Source: Alkanindiges illinoisensis DSM 15370 (lineage in GTDB: Bacteria > Pseudomonadota > Gammaproteobacteria > Pseudomonadales > Moraxellaceae). From it: a stretch of DNA of 32,000 nt. The stretch lies in NCBI RefSeq assembly GCF_000619845.1, contig NZ_JHUX01000011.1:1-32000 (forward strand). The letters run 5' to 3'. The notes under the pieces are model-generated. The model was not told the DNA's origin. It saw only the letters and a list, made by a program, of their open reading frames with translations, and ran no database searches. Shown piece by piece: positions 28,000 through 32,000 of this stretch; position 1 is the first letter of the stretch, and each line of letters starts with the position of its first letter. The translations under genes and the position numbers were made by a program.

Positions 28000-28132
28000 T
28001 ACCAGAAACTAAAAAATCCAATCGTAACAATAACTACAATCCTTCACCCAAAGTCCACCAAAGCCCTTTTGATTGTTTTTGGTCACATGGTATTTCTTAA
28101 TTAACTGGAAATCATAAATTAAGGAGACAACC

Positions 28133-28393
28133 ATGTTTTCACTGATTGGTGCCATTATTATTGGTTTTTTTGCCGGGCTGATTGCACGGGCCATTCATCC
28201 AGGCGATGACAAGGCCGGCTTTATTGTAACGACTGTGCTTGGCATTATTGGCTCTCTAGTAGCCACTTATCTGGGACGCGGCTTGGGCTGGTATGCCGAT
28301 GGTGAAGCAGCCGGATTTATCATGTCAGTGATCGGTGCAGTAGTAGTGCTGTTTATTTATAATCTGGTGATGCGTAAACGTCATCAGGTTTAG
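28133..28393 (+). CDS. GlsB/YeaQ/YmgE-family (transglycosylase-associated) small membrane protein
   Basis: 86 aa starting MFSLIGAIIIGFFAGLIARAI.PG, with three TM helices. AAGGAG RBS. Confidence 0.85.
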   Translation: MFSLIGAIIIGFFAGLIARAIHPGDDKAGFIVTTVLGIIGSLVATYLGRGLGWYADGEAAGFIMSVIGAVVVLFIYNLVMRKRHQV

Positions 28394-28793
28394 TATTTCC
28401 ATGCGTTTAAAAGTCATGTAGGTCTGATCATTAAAGCTGCGAGAACCTGACTTTGATTTTCTCTACAAGTAATCAGGCTTGCATGACTAAAAGGCTTTAT
28501 TGAGCTTATAAATTTAAAGATTAAAGTCTTTATTGAAGTAAACCTATCTATTAATAAGGCGTTAAATTTTTATTTGCACGACTGGTTTTTGCAGCTCAGG
28601 TCTATTTAGTTCAATGATTGTTAACTTAATTTAATACACTGTTATTTAAAGCAGAAATTGTTATATAACGCTACATTAATTGCCAATTCTTCACCTAACC
28701 CCTTTAAAACGTGAGTTAAAATCTTACAAATTATTTATTTTCATGCCCTAGTCTTTAGTTTTACACGTGTATATAGCAAATAGAGGAAAGGTT

Positions 28794-29351
28794 ATGAAAA
28801 ATATTGCTACTGGAGCATTGCTGGGTGTACTGGTTGCCATGACTGGCTGTCAAAGCATGGATGGAATGCATGATGGTGACGGCATGCATATGATGAAAGC
28901 CAAAATGAGTGATGCTCAGATTTTATCCGTTCTGCATACAGCTAATATGGGCGAAATTTCCCAGGGTCAAATTGCATTACAAAAAGCCCAGCGTGCTGAT
29001 GTTAGAAACTTTGCCCAGCGCATGGTGAGTGAACATACTGACAATGACCAGAAAGGCAAAGCGCTGCTGACCAGTGCCAATATGGCACCACAGAACAATC
29101 ATTTGAGCATGAAGCTGCAAAAAGACAGTGACGACGTGGTGATGAAGCTAAACAAGGCAGACGCCAAGGACTTTGATAAAACCTATATGGAAAGTCAGGT
29201 AAAAGTGCATAAAATGGTTCTGGAAACCATCGATAAGAAACTGATTCCCAATGCACAGCATCCTGATCTGCGTAATCACCTGACCATGACCCGTGCTGCT
29301 GTTGCCATGCATTTGCAAATGGCTGAGCAACTCAGTGATTCGCTTAAATAA
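28794..29351 (+). CDS. DUF4142-family lipoprotein
   Basis: Lipobox VAMTGC. ..AN.GEI..G..A..KA....V..FA..MV.DH pattern typical of DUF4142. Start set at the ATG after AGAGGAAAGG; the ORF track starts at 28767. Confidence 0.78.
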   Translation: MKNIATGALLGVLVAMTGCQSMDGMHDGDGMHMMKAKMSDAQILSVLHTANMGEISQGQIALQKAQRADVRNFAQRMVSEHTDNDQKGKALLTSANMAPQNNHLSMKLQKDSDDVVMKLNKADAKDFDKTYMESQVKVHKMVLETIDKKLIPNAQHPDLRNHLTMTRAAVAMHLQMAEQLSDSLK

Positions 29352-29375
29352 TTCCAATTATTCTTAGATCTGATG

Positions 29376-29406
29376 ATTGTGCTGGCCAATGGTCAGCACA
29401 ATTTTA
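29376..29406 (+). terminator. Intrinsic terminator
   Basis: ATTGTGCTG - 9-nt loop - CAGCACAAT followed by TTTT. Confidence 0.75.
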
Positions 29407-29476
29407 TAGCTATCCAAGCCCTAAGTTTTGCGTCCTGTTCTGTCAGTTTTGCTTTTCTCAGGGCACGGGCTTAGCT

Positions 29477-30829
29477 TTATTTGCCAATACAAAAACTGCC
29501 AAAAATCTTGCCCAGCAAATCATCTGCACTAAATTCACCGGTAATCTCACTTAATGCATTTTGCGCCAGACGCAAAGATTCTGCCATCAGTTCCCCGGCG
29601 TGAAATTCAACCAGCTGAACACGAGCATCAGCCAGATGTTGCTGGCAGCGCACCATTGCGTCCAGATGCCGTGTCCGGGCAATAAAGGTACTTTCCTCGG
29701 GCTGATAGCCTGCATGCGCGCTAATCGCCTGTATGAGCGTATTAAGGCCATCACCTTGCCGTGCCGATAATATAATGCGCTTAAAGCCATTTAACTCATC
29801 CTGATGCGGGGTTTGTCCCGCCAGATCAGCCTTGTTGGCAATCAGCAATAATCGCTTAGGATCACGCTGGTGAAAAAATCCATCGGCCAGTGCCAGTGGA
29901 TCATTATCAGTGGTCAGGTCATAGACCAATAACAACAGGTCAGCCTGTTCAATTTCCCTATAAGCGCGCTTGATGCCTTCCTGCTCCACAATATCACCGG
30001 TTTCACGCAAGCCAGCAGTATCGGTCAGGGTAATGGGCAGGCCATTCAAGGTAATTCTTTCATGCAACACATCACGGGTGGTGCCGGCAATGTCGGTGAC
30101 AATAGCGCGATCAACCCCGGCCAAGGCATTCAGCAGGCTGGATTTTCCGGCATTGGGCTTGCCTGCAATCACCACCTGCAAGCCCTCACGCAATAACTGT
30201 CCCTGTTTGGCCGATTTTTGGACCTGGCTTACTGCCCCCTGTACTTGCTCCAGCAGGCTTAAAATCCGGCCATCCGCCAGAAAATCAATTTCCTCTTCGG
30301 GAAAATCAATGGCAGCTTCCACATGCAGGCGTAAATGAATGAGTTGCTCCAGAACTTCATTCACCCGCAGCGAAAAAGCACCTTGCAGGGAACGCACGGC
30401 CGAACGGGCAGCCGCTTCACTACTGGCATCAATCAGGTCACTAATGGCTTCTGCCTGCACCAGATCCATTTTGCCATTTTCAAAGGCACGCAGCGAAAAT
30501 TCACCTGCCTTGGCTGCCACAGCACCCAAACTCAATAAGCGCGCCAGTACCGCATTTTGCACCACCACCCCGCCATGTCCCTGTACTTCAACCACATCCT
30601 CACCAGTGAACGAATGGGGGGCTTTAAAGCACAGAATCAAGCCTTCATCAATCACCTCACCCTGTGCGTCCTTAAACTGGCGAAATCCGGCCATACGCGG
30701 TGCCGGCAGCGGCTTTGCTGTTAAAGCCTCAGCAATGGTAAAAGCATTGGGGCCTGACAGGCGGATAACACCAACACCGCCGCGTCCCTGAGGCGTGGCA
30801 ATTGCAGTAATCGTGGTGGTTAGCGTCAT
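29477..30829 (-). CDS. mnmE: tRNA modification GTPase MnmE
   Basis: 450 aa. N-terminal TIxAIATP.GRGGVGVIRLSG, G-domain GKPNAGKSSLLN and C-terminal CIGK. Confidence 0.95.
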   Translation of the reverse strand: MTLTTTITAIATPQGRGGVGVIRLSGPNAFTIAEALTAKPLPAPRMAGFRQFKDAQGEVIDEGLILCFKAPHSFTGEDVVEVQGHGGVVVQNAVLARLLSLGAVAAKAGEFSLRAFENGKMDLVQAEAISDLIDASSEAAARSAVRSLQGAFSLRVNEVLEQLIHLRLHVEAAIDFPEEEIDFLADGRILSLLEQVQGAVSQVQKSAKQGQLLREGLQVVIAGKPNAGKSSLLNALAGVDRAIVTDIAGTTRDVLHERITLNGLPITLTDTAGLRETGDIVEQEGIKRAYREIEQADLLLLVYDLTTDNDPLALADGFFHQRDPKRLLLIANKADLAGQTPHQDELNGFKRIILSARQGDGLNTLIQAISAHAGYQPEESTFIARTRHLDAMVRCQQHLADARVQLVEFHAGELMAESLRLAQNALSEITGEFSADDLLGKIFGSFCIGK

Positions 30830-30875
30830 AATCGCACCTCAGGTAAACAGGCGAATAAATGGTTTAACAGCTGGC

Positions 30876-30916
30876 ATAAAAAAACCGCCCAAGCGTATCA
30901 CTTCAGGCGGTTTTTA
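30876..30916 (-). terminator. Intrinsic terminator between yidC and mnmE, hairpin flanked by A and T runs
   Basis: AAAAAAACCGCC - loop - GGCGGTTTTT. On the minus strand the stem is followed by a T-run, 18 nt after the yidC stop. Confidence 0.7.
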
Positions 30917-30933
30917 AAAACACATAGCAGCAT

Positions 30934-32000
30934 TTAGCTGGTGGCTTTGGCTGCTGCTTCCCTGGCAATCGAACGATTAACCAGCCACTGCTGAAGAATG
31001 GTCAGCAGGTTATTGCAAATCCAGTACAGTACCAGTCCTGACGGGAAAAACAGCAGGAACACGGTAAAGATAATGGGCATAAGCTTGAACACCTTGGCCT
31101 GCATCGGATCAGTCGGCTGCGGGTTGAGCATTTGCTGCACATACATGGTAACACCCATGATCAGCGGCAAAATGAACAGCGGGTCCATGGCAGACAAATC
31201 CTGAATCCAGCCCAGCCACGGGGCATGACGCAGTTCCACGCTTTCCATCAGCACCCAGTACAGCGCCAGGAAAATCGGCATTTGTAGCAATAAAGGCAAG
31301 CAACCGGACAATGGATTAACCTGCTCTTTTTTGTACAGTGCCATCATTTCCTGCGAAAACTTCATGCGGTCTTCGCCATGCTCTTCTTTTAAGCGCTGCA
31401 TTTCCGGTGCAATCACCCGCATTTTGGCCATGGAGCGGTAACTTTTGGCTGATAGCGGAAACAGTACCAGTTTAACGGCACAGGTTAGCAGGATAATGGC
31501 CCAACCCCAGTTGCCTACAATACTGTAGAAGAATTTCAGTCCCATAAACAGGATCTGGGCAATGGGCCACAACCAGCCATAATCCACTGTCTGATTCAGA
31601 CCTGGTGCCAAATCCTTGAGCTTGGCTTGTACCTTGGGACCGGTATACAGCGTGGCACTAACGTCCATTTGCTTGCCAGCCGGAACATTAATCAGCGGGG
31701 TACGGAAACCAATCACATTGTCATTGCCAACCTTGCGTGATTCCAGCGTGGCATTGTACTTGGCATCTGGAATCCAGGCAGTGACAAAGTAATGCTGAAC
31801 CACGCCAACCCAACCGCCTTTGGCCTGCTGGCTTAAGCCATCACTCTGGAAGTCATCAAACTTGAGCTTGTTATACTGCTCGTCTGGCGTTCCCCACGCA
31901 CCACCCAGATAAGTTCCCAGCTGGAAAATACCCTGATGGCTCTTGCTGGGATCAGCACTGCTGTCACGCTTGATCTGGCCAAACATCTGGCCCTGCCATG
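30934..32000 (-). CDS. yidC: Membrane protein insertase YidC, C-terminal about 355 aa (5' end is beyond the window)
   Basis: Conserved YidC core (DYGWLWPIAQ.LF..L, GNWGWAIILLT, KSYRSMAKMR...P....LKE..G.D, NPLSGCLP.L.QMPIF.ALY). The frame stays open to the window edge. Confidence 0.93.
   Translation of the reverse strand, partial: WQGQMFGQIKRDSSADPSKSHQGIFQLGTYLGGAWGTPDEQYNKLKFDDFQSDGLSQQAKGGWVGVVQHYFVTAWIPDAKYNATLESRKVGNDNVIGFRTPLINVPAGKQMDVSATLYTGPKVQAKLKDLAPGLNQTVDYGWLWPIAQILFMGLKFFYSIVGNWGWAIILLTCAVKLVLFPLSAKSYRSMAKMRVIAPEMQRLKEEHGEDRMKFSQEMMALYKKEQVNPLSGCLPLLLQMPIFLALYWVLMESVELRHAPWLGWIQDLSAMDPLFILPLIMGVTMYVQQMLNPQPTDPMQAKVFKLMPIIFTVFLLFFPSGLVLYWICNNLLTILQQWLVNRSIAREAAAKATS

Noticed and set aside
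1-32000. Search for mobile elements, prophage or integrative-island hallmarks: integrase or transposase genes, tRNA targets, and flanking direct repeats around the low-GC islets.
   Set aside because: No such genes or tRNAs were found, and I saw no direct repeats at the islet borders. The low-GC genes are therefore reported only as orphan insertions, not as a mobile element.

Overview
The window looks like mostly core chromosome of a gammaproteobacterium, possibly Moraxellaceae/Pseudomonadales-like; that guess rests on gene content only and no search was possible. About 34 protein genes can be called.

Gene content, in order:
- bioB (3' part) and bioF.
- A minus-strand run: dtd, orphan, EamA transporter, orphan, DUF1622.
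- rhdA-like rhodanese and psd.
- A large alpha/beta-hydrolase lipoprotein, a nitroreductase and a YceI protein.
- grpE and dnaK, each with a sigma-32-type promoter and with no dnaJ downstream.
- A DUF1311/LprI-like protein and a membrane-anchored matrixin-type metalloprotease with a Gln-rich coiled-coil insert.
- A DUF815 ATPase and an AraC regulator.
- A secreted unknown protein plus an MltB-type lytic transglycosylase.
- A decayed nucleotidyltransferase pseudogene and a GFA-family protein.
- purE-purK, an EF-hand protein, an orphan, a DUF486 protein and mpl.
- An NCS2 purine permease, a YeaQ/GlsB protein and a DUF4142 lipoprotein.
- mnmE and yidC (partial). The yidC-mnmE pair usually lies near dnaA/oriC.

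I found no tRNA/rRNA genes, CRISPR array, transposase, integrase or recognisable multi-gene defence locus.

The most unusual element is non-coding. A gene-free AT-rich gap of about 425 bp (20220-20644) carries at least 12 copies of the 12-mer TTTRAATTYAWA, some phased as tandem 14-mers, and two perfect inverted consensus DnaA boxes. This resembles a small oriC-like or DnaA-titration module, or an uncharacterised protein-binding array.

Secondary points are three low-GC single-gene orphan insertions in otherwise core gene runs, and a shared CACGTG-centred palindrome at two convergent gene junctions.
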